Assembly (NCBI RefSeq): GCF_009914755.1
Contig: NC_060925.1
From: the human T2T-CHM13v2.0 reference genome, Homo sapiens
Length of the DNA stretch: 64,000 bases
Reading direction: 5' to 3' (one strand)
Below the pieces are notes generated by a model. That model was given only the letters and a program-made list of their open reading frames with translations. It was not told the DNA's origin and did not search any database. Each line of letters starts with the position of its first letter. The first letter of the stretch is position 1. A program made the position numbers and the translations under genes. Below, in pieces: positions 28,626 through 43,800 of the stretch.

Positions 28626-29606
28626 GTAGGGTACCCAACCTGGGCTGGGCAGAGGGTGAGGATTTGCGGGGCAGGGTAGCAGGTAGTATCTGGGTTTGGA
28701 TGGTTAGGGCAACTGTCCTGTCCTCTACTAACAGTGAGTGGACAGAAATTGTTAAAACAAGTACGGTATTTAAATCAGGGCACCTATCCTTTAGTTTTAT
28801 AGACTTAGTGGGAACTAAAATAATCTTAGACATGTAGCCCAAATTGCCATTTTACAGATGAGTAAACTGAACCCTGGAGATGGGAAGTGCCTTGTCCATG
28901 CTCCCCTAGATGTTCATTGCAGAGCCAGGACTAGAGAGCAGGTTTCCTGTTTCCCTCTCTAGAACTGTATTTTTTTCCCCTCTAAGCCATGATGCTGTTT
29001 TAATAGCATGGACTGTTGAGACGCAGAGAACACGTGACCTCTTGAGCTCTCTGGGTGCCTGAAATTCAGTCATTTTCAGTCCATGCGAGGAGAGAATCTT
29101 CCCTTTTCCCTCTGCTTTCCCCTCACAGTACAGTCCCAGAGACCACTGAGGACATGATAGGATGACATGCCCAAACTTGTGCCCTCTGCTGCTCAAAAGG
29201 GAGAAGAGCTGGCATCAGGACCCACCTCTGGCTTCTGCCAGCACCACATGCTAGGCTTACATGCCAGGGCTCCCATGAGGGCTTGGCTTTTGGCTTCTTT
29301 GGGGAGCGCCTGGGAAACCAAGTAGTCAATTAGCCCTGACCTTCCTAAGTGGCTGTGTGAGTATCTTCTCCACCCCTGGAGCGTCTTGGCTATAGTTAAG
29401 TGTTTAATACCAGGCCACCTCCTTAGCAGGGTCCATGGAGAAAATTCAAATTCAGTTTAGTTTCAACCTGAGCCAGATATTCTGAGAAAAGAAGGAGAGG
29501 AGGGGGTAATCCTACTGCCCCTGCCAGTGTAGATTACCAAGAGTTGGGGAAATGCTGACTTCCAAGCTGCTGGTACAGTGGTTCGAATTGCTTGTGTTTG
29601 CCACAG

Positions 29607-29918
29607 AGGAACAGCGTGCAGCAAGCTCGAGTCTCTGAGCTAACGGGAGAGGCAGAGCCCAGAGAAGTGAAAGCCACAGGAAATTCAACTCCCTGCACCT
29701 CTTCCCTGCCCACCACACACCCCCCCTCACACCGGGCTGGTGCCTCCTGTGTCTGCTGCTCCCAACCCCAGCAGAGCTCCACTTCCCCTCCTCCTTCTGA
29801 CGCCTTGCAGTGGGTGGTGGTTGAGGTATCTGGGACCCCCAACCAGCTCGAGACCCATAGGGAGCTGCATGCCCCTCTCCCAGGGATGACCTCACTCTCT
29901 CCTCTCCACCCCTCGCAG
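29607..29918 (+). CDS. NFYC: NFYC long-isoform in-frame extension of the last exon (RNSVQQARV...PLHPSQ, 104 aa) via an upstream acceptor
   Basis: ttgccacag|AGGAAC; 312 nt open and continuous with the terminal exon (ORF 29592..30038). Core 335 aa + 19 + 104 = 458 aa, matching the long isoform as I recall it. Confidence 0.8.
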
Positions 29919-30038
29919 CAGCTCTACCAGATCCAGCAAGTCACCATGCCTGCGGGCCAGGACCTCGCCCAGCCCATGTTCATCCAGTCAGCCAACCAGC
30001 CCTCCGACGGGCAGGCCCCCCAGGTGACCGGCGACTGA
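29919..30038 (+). CDS. NFYC: NFYC terminal coding exon ([39 protein letters not shown])
   Basis: cctcgcag|CAGCTC; TGA at 30036-30038. The constitutive exons in the window sum to 300 aa; with ~35 aa upstream this gives the canonical 335-aa protein. Confidence 0.96.
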   Translation, partial: QLYQIQQVTMPAGQDLAQPMFIQSANQPSDGQAPQVTGD

Positions 30039-30298
30039 GGGCCTGAGCTGGCAAGGCCAAGGACACCCAACACAATTTTTGCCATACAGCCCCAGGCAAT
30101 GGGCACAGCCTTCCTCCCCAGAGGACCCGGCCGACCTCAGCGCCTCCTGCAGGCTAGGACACTGGTGCACTACACCCCATGCCTGGGGGCCGAGATTCTC
30201 CAGCAGAAAGATGCAATATTTTTTGTTTCCTTTTTTTCCATTTTTTTCTCTAAGGAATCAATATTTCAATATGTTGAGTGTGTGTCCAATGCTATGAA

Positions 30299-30312
30299 AT
30301 TAAAATATTAAA
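30299..30312 (+). terminator. Proximal tandem ATTAAA poly(A) signals of NFYC
   Basis: ATTAAA at 30299 and 30307, followed by GT-rich and long T-rich tracts (30340-30392). Confidence 0.6.
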
Positions 30313-30792
30313 TAACATATTTATGGCATTTTCTTGAAGAGTGTGGTTGAAGAAATATTTCTCCTTTTGTTTTTCTTTTTTTTTTGTTTGTTACTGCCAC
30401 TTCTTTTTAGGAGCAAATCTCCCCAGGGGTGTACGGTATTTCTTGACTCTGGGAACAGCTGCTACCCCCAAGACTTGCCACGTTGTTCTGCCCTCAGATG
30501 GAATTAGGTGAATGTGTGTAGCTGCTTTTTCACTCGTGGTCCTCTCCCCATCCCTTGCTCTGACCCCAGAGCTCTGTGTATTTGCATCCAGAGGCCATGG
30601 AAACATTCTTTGCATTTAAGAGACAGATTTATTCCCTGTGGAGAGTGGGTGGATTCATTGCCACACTCTTTTCTCCCAGGGACCCAGGAAACTAGGACTT
30701 TGTGTGTTTGCTGCCCACCTCCCTTTTATTTTTTAAATGCATTAAAAACTGTGCTAGTCTCCTTTGCATGGACTTCAAGCTGCATGAAATGC

Positions 30793-30798
30793 AATAAA
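30793..30798 (+). terminator. Distal poly(A) signal AATAAA of NFYC
   Basis: Canonical hexamer followed ~25 nt later by GT/T-rich tctgggtttctgtgtctggg. Confidence 0.85.
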
Positions 30799-30965
30799 TC
30801 TCATTTTAGATAATTTAGAGTCTGGGTTTCTGTGTCTGGGGGCATTCATGGGGCCACTTTGCTTGGAAAGGTTCATTTGCCCTCAGTTTGTGTGTCTGGG
30901 AGAGAGGGCCACCCTTGTGAGAAGGGGATGTTCAAAGCTAAGGGAACTTAATGCTGTGTACCTAA

Positions 30966-31358
<393 letters not shown>

Positions 31359-34300
31359 TGACCCGTGTATCAGACTGAGCTGTGTCCTGCCTGGTTGAGG
31401 GTCAAGAAGGGGGCATCTCTCATGGAGAAAGCTGGCTCCGTCAAAGCCTGGGGTAAATCCTTCCAGTCCTGCCTGGCACAGGCTATCATTCAGCTACCTG
31501 CTGTGGCCATGCCCATTAACAAAGGCATGGCATCTGCCATAGAGAACAACCCAGGCCCCTTGTCAGCCAAGAGTTCTACAGCCAAGACCTACTTCCTGTT
31601 AATTGAAGCAGGGAGAATAGAGAGAGCATTCCACTTCATTGGCCACAGAGGCCAGTGATGAGCCATCTTTCTTACCTCCACCATGCCATCCTTCCAGCTG
31701 GAATGAGCTGCTGTTGTGGGAAGAACAGTGAGCTGGGTGCCAGGAAATGTAGGTATTTGCCCTAAACCCATGGGCAAATACCTCCCTTGTCTTTGGGACT
31801 GTCTCAGTGGGTGAGGTGGAAATTGGGGAAGGGCTTATATTAGATGATTTCAAGTCTGAACCTGATGCTTTTATGATTATCTTATGAAATATCCACTGTA
31901 AACCATGGGGATAAGACATGAGTTAGTTTTCAACAAGTAGTTTCAGATTACTGCCCTCTGATCTTCCTCCCAGGAGATTCCCCAGATTTCTGGGATCTGC
32001 TTAAATACTTTGCCTAGATTCAAGTCTGGCCAGCTCTGCTCTTTACTCCAGATTGGGGCATCCTGTTGCCTATATTGTCTTGATGATGGTAGCTTATAAA
32101 ATACTCAGCATCTACTTCACTATGCCTTACCTCAGTCCATAAGAAAAAATTGCAATGAAAACAACACAATGAAATAATAAAGTAAAACAAATTAGAATTA
32201 GGAAAAATACAATTGAGTAGGAAATCAGGATTATAGAAAACAAGAACACAGATATCATGGTTATAAAGACCTACGTATTTGTTAGAATTATTTGACCCTG
32301 AGCTTCCTGGCCACCAGAGCAAAAAGAGATGAGACCAGGTAAAGGATTCACATTATAAAAGAAAGACAGATAACTTTTTTTTTTTTTTCAAAAGCAAAGT
32401 TTTTTTAGCTTTAAGGTTTTGGATACATGATGCTGTCTATCCAAAATGACATGGAGTGTCACCAGGGTAGGTAAAGCAGGTGACAGTTCACCATGAGAAG
32501 TCAGTAAGTTGGCCCCCATAACAGTGAGTCAGGGTCAGCCCCAACCTGCTCGCAACTCCCAAATTCATTCCCTCCTTCTATATCTAGTTACCTTCATTCT
32601 AGCTCTGGACTTTATTCTGAAGGGGGTCTTCTGGCCTTTCCAGCTGTCCAGAACTCAGTCTTAGCAAGACATCATATAATAGCAAGTTTTCACTGATAGC
32701 CGTGTGCCTAGCCCTGTGTGCAGGGAATGTAAGAGGGAGAAAGTGAACGTGCAGAGGGGCCCCAGGCTCAGAGAAAAGGCAGAACCTCCACAATTTAATT
32801 TCATGGTGCCCTGTGTCCCACCTTGTTTGCTCTTTGGTTCATTCCTGAAAACCCAAGTGTGATTGGAGTTTCAGGCCAATGAATGGGTCCCCATTTTCCT
32901 GTAGACTTCCATTCTTGTTTTAGAGATGTTTTGATCAGTTGTGATTAGCAAGCAGCTTCCCTGCTGAACACTTTCCCTTTAAATTGCCCTGCCAGCAGGG
33001 CCCATCCTGGTGTAAACAAACCCTTTGGCGCAGCCCAAGAGAGCCCCTATCTAATACCCAGCACGATCCCCTTACATCCGGAGCACTCTTTAAACATTTT
33101 TCCTAGCACTTGCAGCATCCGTCCTCCCTCCCGATGATCTTCACAGTGACCCTGCAGGGGAGACAGGAAGAGGTATCATGATCCCTGTGTTAGCGATGGA
33201 GTCATGGGAGGGCTAGTGAAGTGCAGTGACTTGCCCAAGGTCACTCCATGAATTGAGGGTGGAATTGAAACCAAAACACTGATCTCCTGACCCCCTGTGC
33301 ATACACAGTTGCTCTCTGGCCAAAGGTGACATGTATATGTGTAAGAAAGAAGCAGGCTATTGAAATGTGAACTATCCCCTTTTAGTCAGTCTTCCTGAAC
33401 TGACTGGCCCAGCCTTGAGTATACATGAAATAAATAAAGCAGTTGGGTCTGGTCTGGGGACAGCTGGTGGTTGGGAACTTGCCACAAGGATGACCTTGGA
33501 GATTGGAGACCCCTGGAATCTGGAGCAGACAATCTGGCTGGCTTCCTTGCAGCTCAGGTCTGCGGAGGCCACAAGGGGGCAGCATGCAGCCCTCACCTGT
33601 GTCTCTGGGAGGTGCCCTGTCCCACTGTCATCCCAACTGTAGACAATTCTAGGAACTAGTGGGAGTATGACTGTCCCCTTTCTTAACCCACTTCCTGATA
33701 AGACCCTCACCCTTTGAAGGGAGGGTCCTCCCTAGGATAACAGTGAGAGCTGGAAACTCTACCCTCTCCAGAGTATTGCCTCAAGGTAGGTGGTTAGATT
33801 TTAATAAGGACTTTCTGACAGCCCAAGTTGGTTCAAGGTCCTTCTTATCTCCCCAGCTTTGTTTCTTTTCACTCTCCTCTCCCTCACCACCTCCTGTACT
33901 CTATGCTCCTGTCACACCCAATTACTCACTGATCCCTGAACTTAGCTCCATGTTTTCAGAATGTGCTAGCTACAATTCCTGAAATGCCCTTTTACTTCCC
34001 TTTTCACTAATTGAGCTCCTATACATCCATCAAGGCCCAATTTAAATGGCCCTTGCTGAGAAACTTCTAATTCCTGAGCCAGAGTCAGCAAAGACCTCTT
34101 CAGTGCTCCCATGTGAACTTCTACAACCTCTATTATTAGAGCTCATATACAGTCATTCAGCAGCTATTTCTTTGGCACCTTCTGTGTGTCAGACGTTGTT
34201 TTAAACATTGTGAATACAGCTTAAAACAAGTCTGACTTCTCTGCTACCATGGAGCTTATATTGATGATTGGGTTGAGGGCAGGGGTTGGGTTGGGGAGAG

Positions 34301-34474
34301 AGACAACAAACAAAAGACCAAGTTAGCCTCTAAAGAAACCCTCTATCCTCTGTTAGTGTTTTCTGGTTTGGGCTGTCTTCCTCACAGGGAGTTCTCAAGT
34401 CCAGGGTCATCTCTGCACCGCTGGAGTGCAGCACAGAGCCTGGCACCAAGGGGGTAACAGTAACTGATGAGTGA

Positions 34475-34863
<389 letters not shown>

Positions 34864-34963
34864 CTTATTAACAATTTTTTATTGAGCTCTGATAATATGC
34901 CAGGCAGGGGTGTTCAATGGAGATTATTGTTTAAGAAATTTCTGTCTAGGAAAATATGTCTAA

Positions 34964-35208
34964 GGCCAGGCATGGTGGCTTATGCCAGTAATCCTAGCAC
35001 TTTGGGAGATGGAGGCAGGAGGATCACTTGAGGTCAGGAGTTTGAGACCAGCCTGGGCAACATGGTGAAACCCCATCTCTATAAAAAATACAAAAATTAA
35101 TCGGGTGTGGTGGTGCGTGCCTGTAATCCTAGCTACTTGGGAGGCTGAGACAGGAGGATTGCTTGAGCCAGGGAGGATCACTTGGGTGACAGAATGAGAC
35201 CCTGTCTC

Positions 35209-35239
<31 letters not shown>

Positions 35240-35244
35240 GAAAA
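34964..35244 (+). mobile_element. Alu with right-arm deletion and (GAAAA)n tail
   Basis: Sense Alu; TSD aaaatatgtctaa/aaaatacatctaa. Confidence 0.88.
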
Positions 35245-35944
35245 TACATCTAAAGCTTGGTACTCATGGATTCTCATTTCATCTTCACATCCTCGTTAGG
35301 TAGGCATTCTCCCTATTTTATAAGTAAGAAACTGGGTCTCAAACATGTTAAAATATTACCCAAGGGCACCAGCTGGTTGCCTGGAGCCAGATGCTCCTAG
35401 AAGCCTCCTGTGTCTGCTGGCCCAGCCCCCATGGGTTTTGTCCCCTCCATTTGTGATTATTTTCCTACAGAGAATGAGAGTCCCCTTCCCACCAACTCTT
35501 GAGTAGGGACCTAGCTTTTGTCCCACAGCTCCAGCCATCTATAGGCCTCAGTGAGGTGGCATCTGATCTCCTAAGAGGAGTGGACCCTCCTGTGGAGGCC
35601 CAGTGCCCAGTCACATGAGCAACTTGGCCATGGCTTCCTCAAGGCCTCGTGTGCTAGGCTGCTGGTGTCTTCCCCAGCTTGGGTGCTGTTCCACTGCCAT
35701 GGCTTAGGAAGAGGGGACAGAAGGACAGTAAGGCTGGCACTCAGGAGGGAAGAACCTGAGCTGGGCCAGGCTGGGCTGGCCTCCTGTGTCTGGCTGGTGC
35801 TGAGGAGAAGTCTGAAACAGAGCCCGGCCTCCCTCCAATCCCTGAGACTCCAGCCCCTCCTTAGAGTCCTGGCCCTGCGCTGTGCCCATCATCTCTGTGA
35901 ACTCCCAGCCCCTCCCCCAAGTTCCTGTTCTCTCTTTCTGGGAA

Positions 35945-36780
35945 GGTCTGTGGAACAGCTTTCTAAGATCTTGTATGTGTCAAATGTCTTAATTTTGCCC
36001 TTTCATTTAAGTGACAGTTTGGCAAGGTATGGAATTCTAGGTTCACAATTATTTGCCCTCAGCACTTTGAAGATACGATTCCATTGTCTCTTGGCATCTG
36101 TTGTTGCTGATGAGAAGTTTACTGTCAACTCAATTATTGGACCTTTGTAGATAAGCCATCTTTTCTCTCTGGTGGCTTTTAGAATTTCTATTTATTCTTG
36201 ATATTCTACACTTTGACTACAAGGTGTCTAGATAGAGTTTTGTTTTCTAAGATATCTTACTAGGTAGTCTGTGGGCCTTTTAAATCTAGAAATTCATGGA
36301 TTATTTTTGGCAAGTTCAGTCACTCTTTCCAGTATCTCTTTTTGAAACCCTTAATGCATATGCTAGATTTTCTCATTCAATCTTCTATGTCTCTTTTCTT
36401 TCATCTGCTTAATCTCTTTATTCTGTGCTTCAGTCTGAAGGATTTCCTCAGTTCTAGCTTCTAATTCATTAATTCTCTTCAGATATATTTGATAACCTAT
36501 TTATTGATTTTTTAAAAAATGTTAGTAACTTTAGTTTTCATTTCTAAAATTTCTAGATAGTTCTGTTCATTTCTGCTACGTTTCTGTTTGATATCTTTCT
36601 ATTCTTGTTTTATATATGCTACTTCTTCCTTTATCTTTTTGATGATTTTAGCTATATTAAATTTCCTTTCAGATTGCTCCATTAGCTCTAGGTCTTTATG
36701 TATAAATTCTCCCATGAGAGGTATGTCTCTTAAGGTATGGTGCTTCTAATCTGTTATGGAATTTATCCTTGAGATTATTT
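35945..36780 (-). mobile_element. Ancient L1 (L1ME-like) fragment
   Basis: T-rich degenerate text (ggtatggaattctaggttcacaattattt...ctgttgttgctgatgagaag). Confidence 0.65.
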
Positions 36781-37285
36781 TCAGCACATTTTCCTGATTG
36801 TGCCCTGGGATGTGGAGGCCATCCTAAGGGATGATTTCTCAGTTGTATGTGCCTAAGCCATGTGGAAGTGCAGCAGCCTCAAATCAGCTCTTATAGCAGT
36901 GTCTTGGTTTGGGATTTTTGCATGGCCTGGATATCAAATCCTGAGCCCACACCCCCTGTGGACAGGCTGAGGTGTCACACTTATAAGGATCCTCTTTCTG
37001 CTTAAAGCCAGGGACCAGGTGGCTAGCAGACAGAGATTTTAATGTTCACGGCAGGCAGCACTTTACCAGACTCAGCTTTAAGCAGAAAGCCTACTGTTGC
37101 CCCTGGCATTTTTGAGGTTGGCAACTATACTTCCCACCCTCCCACCCCACTGGACACTGGACCCCCCCTCAGAAATACACCTTCAATTCCTGCTTGCCAC
37201 CAGGAATTACCTCTTATGGTCTTACACAATTCCCCATTCTTGCTTTTGGTGCTTGAATATGTACTTTTTTTTTCTTTTAATTATC

Positions 37286-37577
37286 AGCTGGGCATGGTGG
37301 CTCATGCCTGTAATCCCAGCACTTTGGGAAGCCAAGGCTGGTAGATCACTTTGAGGCCAGGAGTTCGAGACCAGCCTGGCCAACATGGTGAAACCCCATC
37401 TCTACAAAAAATAAAAATATTAGCCAGGCATGGTGGTACACACCTGTATTCTCAGCTACTCGAGAGGCTGAGGCAGAGAATTGCTTGAACCCAGGAGGCA
37501 GAGGTTGCGGTAAGCCAAGATCACACCACTGCATTCCAGCCTGGGTGACAGAGCAAGAACTGGTCTCAAAAAAAAAA
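37286..37577 (+). mobile_element. Alu (AluS-like)
   Basis: Sense Alu dimer with A-tail. Confidence 0.92.
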
Positions 37578-38317
37578 TTTTTTTTTAATTTAAAAAATTA
37601 TTTAGCACTTATCTTGCTTTGCACATCTAATATTTCAAAGAGGAGGAATTTAATAAGCGTTTAATCAAGCTTGACCTGGAAATCCTGGTCTCTGAGCCTT
37701 CCATCCCTGTCACCCAGTCTCTAGCCTCTTTGGAGCCCCCATTCTCCTCCCTGAATCCCATCTCCCTTACCAGGTTGTCATCCTCTTTCTGAACCCCATT
37801 TCCTGCTACTCAACCTTCTGTCCCTCCTACTCACGTCATCTCCCTCCCTGAGCCCTCATTCAAGTTTCTCCCACCAGGCGAGCATGGAAGTTCTTTTCCA
37901 CTGCACACTCAGCAACTCAGAAAAGTCCTTCCTTTTCATTTTTCAGCCAACTCTATTGTCCCAGTGGTTCTCACCGAGAACATGGAGTTAACCAGCAGGA
38001 CCACAGCACTGTTGCCTTCTGCATGGTCTTCCAGAGGTAGAGGTTAGAGGAAGGATCTTACAGGAAGAATCCTGAAGGCAGAGGAGGAGCCCTGCAAGAA
38101 GGGAGGGCTTTGACCTTCATTTCCACGCCCCTTTCTCCCTCTGTGTCTCCTCTGTGTGGGCCCCCTCCAGCCCTGAGGATCAATGGGGGTTCACTTTCAC
38201 TGAGCTCAGCAACACTGCTCCCTCCCCACTTCCTGTGGCTCTGAGCTGACTGGCCTGCTTGGTCTAGGCTGGGGGCTGGTCAGTGCCACACCCAGATCTG
38301 GGGAAAAGAAATTCCTT

Positions 38318-38669
<352 letters not shown>

Positions 38670-39333
38670 CTAAGTCTCTTGTCCTTTCTGGGCTGCACAG
38701 GGAAAAGGAAGAAGGCCTTATCTTTCTCTCATGCTTCCTCCTGCTCTCAGTAGAGGTGGGTTCCCAAAGGTCAATAATGTGATGCCATCACCCCCTGAGC
38801 ACTCTCCACTCCAATCCCCTCCTAGGAAGGCTTCCTAGATTGAGAAGAACTGCTAGGACCAGGGAATTCCCAGAGCATCTCCCTGCTCCACCTGAAACAT
38901 GTACCTGAAGAGCAGTCAGACGAATGGGTCACGTGCGTACAGCCCCCTGCATGGTCTCTAACTTTTTCATGCATTATTGCATTCAGTGCTGATAGCCAGG
39001 GAAAGTGGGGAAGAGGTGGAGTGACTTGCCCAAGGTCCCCAAGTATTCCACAGGTGGAGCTAGGACTGGAAGCCCAGCCATGACTTGTAGTTTAGGGCTC
39101 TTTCTGCCCCTGGCACTGCCAGCCTCTCTGGATGCTGGTGCCTCCCACTTCACCCATCCTGGGTTCTCTCCTAGGGAGCCACAGCCTCTGCAGCATGCCC
39201 AGCCTCAGGGCCTGGCCAGGCTCCCTGTTTCTTATCAGGCCAAATTGGACCCTCCATCCTGGCATTCAAGTCCTCCTGCGTGCCCCTGGCTAAGCTTGCT
39301 CTTCCGAATGCTCTGTAACATTCTTCCCACACC

Positions 39334-39336
<3 letters not shown>

Positions 39337-39387
<51 letters not shown>
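39337..39387. repeat. (AC)25 microsatellite
   Basis: Uninterrupted AC run ~3.9 kb upstream of the KCNQ4 ATG. Confidence 0.97.
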
Positions 39388-39388
<1 letters not shown>

Positions 39389-41719
39389 TAAAGCAGCACC
39401 TGAGTGAATTAAAAGCCATACAAGGCAAGTCTCTTCACTGAGCCTCAGTCTTCTTGAGTGTAACATGGGACCGTGAACAGTATTACCGCACAAGGTTGTG
39501 GGGATGCTGAAATAGACAATGCAGGTAAAACATCCTGCATAAGGCTTAGGATTGACTGCAGGCCTCATTAATGGTAGCTGCAGGCATTATTGGTTGTACT
39601 TCTCTGCGTCTCTCCCAGTCCTCCCCACTCCTGTCCCCAAGAAAGCTCCCTCTGCCATTGCCTGTGGAGACTTCTCCCTCCTCTGAGCTCTAGCAACCCT
39701 TGGAGCTGTAAGAAAGCCCAGGGTCAGGTGGCTAGCAGGCAGAGAGATTTTAGGAGGCAAGTGAGTGGAACCCAGACCTCCTCGCCTCGATTCAACTAGC
39801 GCACTTCTGCTCCAAAGCTTTGTACACATTGGGGTGCTACCTTACAATTCTGTCTGTAAAAAGGATTCCATTGCTGATAAAGTCTAAAAATCACTGACTT
39901 AAACCACCCCACCTCTCACTCCAGGAAAGGAACCTGAGCCCTTGATTGACCTGGGGTCACAGTGGGAATCACTGACAGGCTTGAGCCTAGCCTGAGAGAC
40001 CATAGTCCTAGCCACTTCCTGCCCTCCATCCTTTCAGACCTGGAAGTTTGATCCCTTGGCACGAGTAAGTTCTAGAGAACAAGGATTGGCCGTGTATGGT
40101 TATCCTCAGCTCCCAGCACCCAGTGCCCAGCCGGCAGGTGCCAGTCAGTGGAAAGCACAGGTCACAGTTCTGGGGGTCACCAATAGGCTGTGTAGACTTA
40201 GGTGAGTCCCTGTGCCTCTCAGAGCCTCAGCTGTCTCAAGCAAGCTGCTGCTCTCTGGCCCAAAAGGGACTGGGCCTGGCACACAGATGGCACTCAGCAA
40301 ATGGAAGCACTCGCCCTCCCACCCTTCCTCTCAGTCAATACTTGCTCCATTGATGGCTGATGGGGACAGTGATGAATTACAGAAGATCTTGGAGCCCTGC
40401 CCACTTCTTGCACAGATGGGGAAACAAGTCCAGGGTGGGGAAGAGACTTGCCCAGGTGGGAGTGAGTCTTAGTGAATGCGTCTCCTCAGTGGGGCAGGGA
40501 AGCTTTCGCAGTGTTACCAGGGTGGAGACAGGGCTTGGGGGTGGAAAGGAAACTGCTGAGGGTGGGGTCAGGGGAACAGGTGGGAGAGGGAAGGAGGAGG
40601 GTAGGGAACCACGGTGTCCAGTCCCCTCCAGCAGAGGGGCCAATTGAGGGAGCCTGAGACAGCTGTTTGCTCAGAAAAGTGTCTTAGTCACTAAAGGTTG
40701 TGGTGGGGAAAGTCCGTCCTCCCAGTCATGTCCTGGGAATCCGGATGGCGCAGGAAGGCCACCCGGTGACCCTAAGAGTGGCCACCTGTCCTCTCTGAAC
40801 TGGACTTTCTCTTCTGGCCCTTCCACTCTTCCATGTGTACACATATGCCAAGTAAATTTGCTGTGGCCTCCTGGAACCATCTCCCCCATCCCTCTCACCC
40901 CTTAGGAAGAGTTCTGTGTCCCTCCATTACCCATACGCCCGCAGGAGAAACAGGCTTCTATGCCCTATGAAAGTCCTTCCTGAGATCTAACTTCCATCCC
41001 TCTAGCTGCAACCACAGTCTCTTTCCTCTTTCTGCTGCCTTTGAGCAGGTAATCTGGAGCTGGAGTTGGGAATGATGAGACACTCCCTGCAGTGAGGGCT
41101 CCTCACAAGGTGGGGAAGGGACCTTTGTAGTCCCCCAGCTGGGAAGAGAGCCATGGGATCCAGAGGTGATGCTGAGCTTGAAGATTAGATTTCCCAGAAC
41201 AGACCCAGTTTCAGATATTCTGGGTGTTAAGGGCAACCTGAATTCAAATTCCATTTCTGCTACAGAACAAGAGCCTCAAAAAGACCCCCTAGAAACACCC
41301 CCAGGGCGCTTGCAACTGCTTTCCTGTGCACCTTTCATGTCCTAGACCTTAGTCCCATTTCCCAGGATCTATGATTGAGAAGAACCAGCCAGGCAGTTCC
41401 ACAGAGGGAGGACAGTGCTGCATATTTTGGGGGTGCCATCTTCAGCTCATAGAGAGAAGATGGGTTAACTCAGCCCAGGCACCACATCCCTAGTGGGGCC
41501 TTGGGGTCCAGAAACTGTCCCCAGCTTCCAGTAGAGGATCCGGGCATAACCTGCCCTGGGGCACCCGGCTCTGGCCCTGGGCACACCTGGACCAGGAGCA
41601 GCAGAAGAGATTCAGGTCAGACCCCAGAGGGCACCCCCAGCTAGGCAGAGGGGAAAGGATCACTATGGGGTAGGGGTGTGGGCCGGTTGCCAAGCCCAGT
41701 TTAGGGACCCCACAGATCC

Positions 41720-41980
41720 CTGCAGCCCACGGCCCTGCCTCCCTCCCTCCCTCACTGGCGCTCAGCAGATCAATGCTGCCTTTGCTGACAGCTGAGAATC
41801 GAGCTCGCCTTCCCGCCCCTTCCCCCGCCCCTCCCGCTCGGCTTCGTCCCTCGAGATCCTCCCGGAGGAACCGGGAAGAGTTTGCTGCGGAAGGCTCACC
41901 CTGGGGCAGGGCCTGCGGAGGGAGCGGCTGGTGTGGCCGCAGCTTTCCGTGGAGGAAGAGGGAAAGAGGATCGGGAAACC
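41720..41980. promoter_or_regulatory. Small CpG-rich element ~1.3 kb upstream of KCNQ4
   Basis: Local CpG cluster with GC boxes (cccgcccc twice) and GGAA/ETS-like motifs. Confidence 0.55.
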
Positions 41981-42679
41981 CAAGTTACCAACCCTGTGCA
42001 GGGCCCAGGAGGGCTAAAGGAGAGGGACTGCCCCCTATAGCCAGAGAGATGGAGGTCGGGGACTAAGAAAAACTTTCCAGCTGGAGAGGGAATGCCCTGG
42101 GACAAAGTATCCCCTTTTCTGGCTGGGATTCTGTGGGCCTTGGGTAGGGGGTGTGTGTCCCCTCTAAGGCTGGCTTAGAGCTCATCTCCCAACACTCCAT
42201 CTGCCCAAACCCAGTTCCCTGACCTGGGAGTGGGGCAGGGGAGCAGGCCCCTCCATCGGGGAGGATCCTCTTCTGGGCAGGGTGGCTCTTCCCCCATCAC
42301 GATGAAGGGAAGCTCAGAGGTGGCAGTTGGTGGGAGAAAGACACACCCAGGCCCACTGTGTTCCACACACCCTGATGCTGCCTAGCAGCCCGTGGGCTCC
42401 AGGCCTTTCAGGTAAGAGCAGGACAACCGCCGCTGCCCACCCAGCCACACACAGCACTGGGCACACTTTAAGCACCCGCACCAGGCACACAGTGCTCGAC
42501 CCCAACGGACACACCTCATCCCCTTCGGACTCCACCTCCACTTTCGCAGCCACCCACACCCGACCCATAACTCACACCTCACTGACTCCATCCCCGCACC
42601 TGGTAGACCCACAGCCACCCACCCTGCACACACAAGTAGACGCCGTTCCACCGGTCTACACCTAAACTCCACGGGACAC

Positions 42680-43800
<1,121 letters not shown>

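Larger units (their letters stand above)
30039..30815 (+). other. NFYC: NFYC 3' UTR
   Basis: Runs from the stop codon to just past the AATAAA at 30793; U-rich blocks inside, GT-rich sequence downstream. The 3' end is approximate. Confidence 0.85.

Noticed and set aside
40628-40641. CTCF-like CCAGCAGAGGGGCC between NFYC and KCNQ4 (and a similar motif at ~61841-61857)
   Set aside because: Mismatch or missing base in the conserved GGC core; too common in GC-rich DNA.
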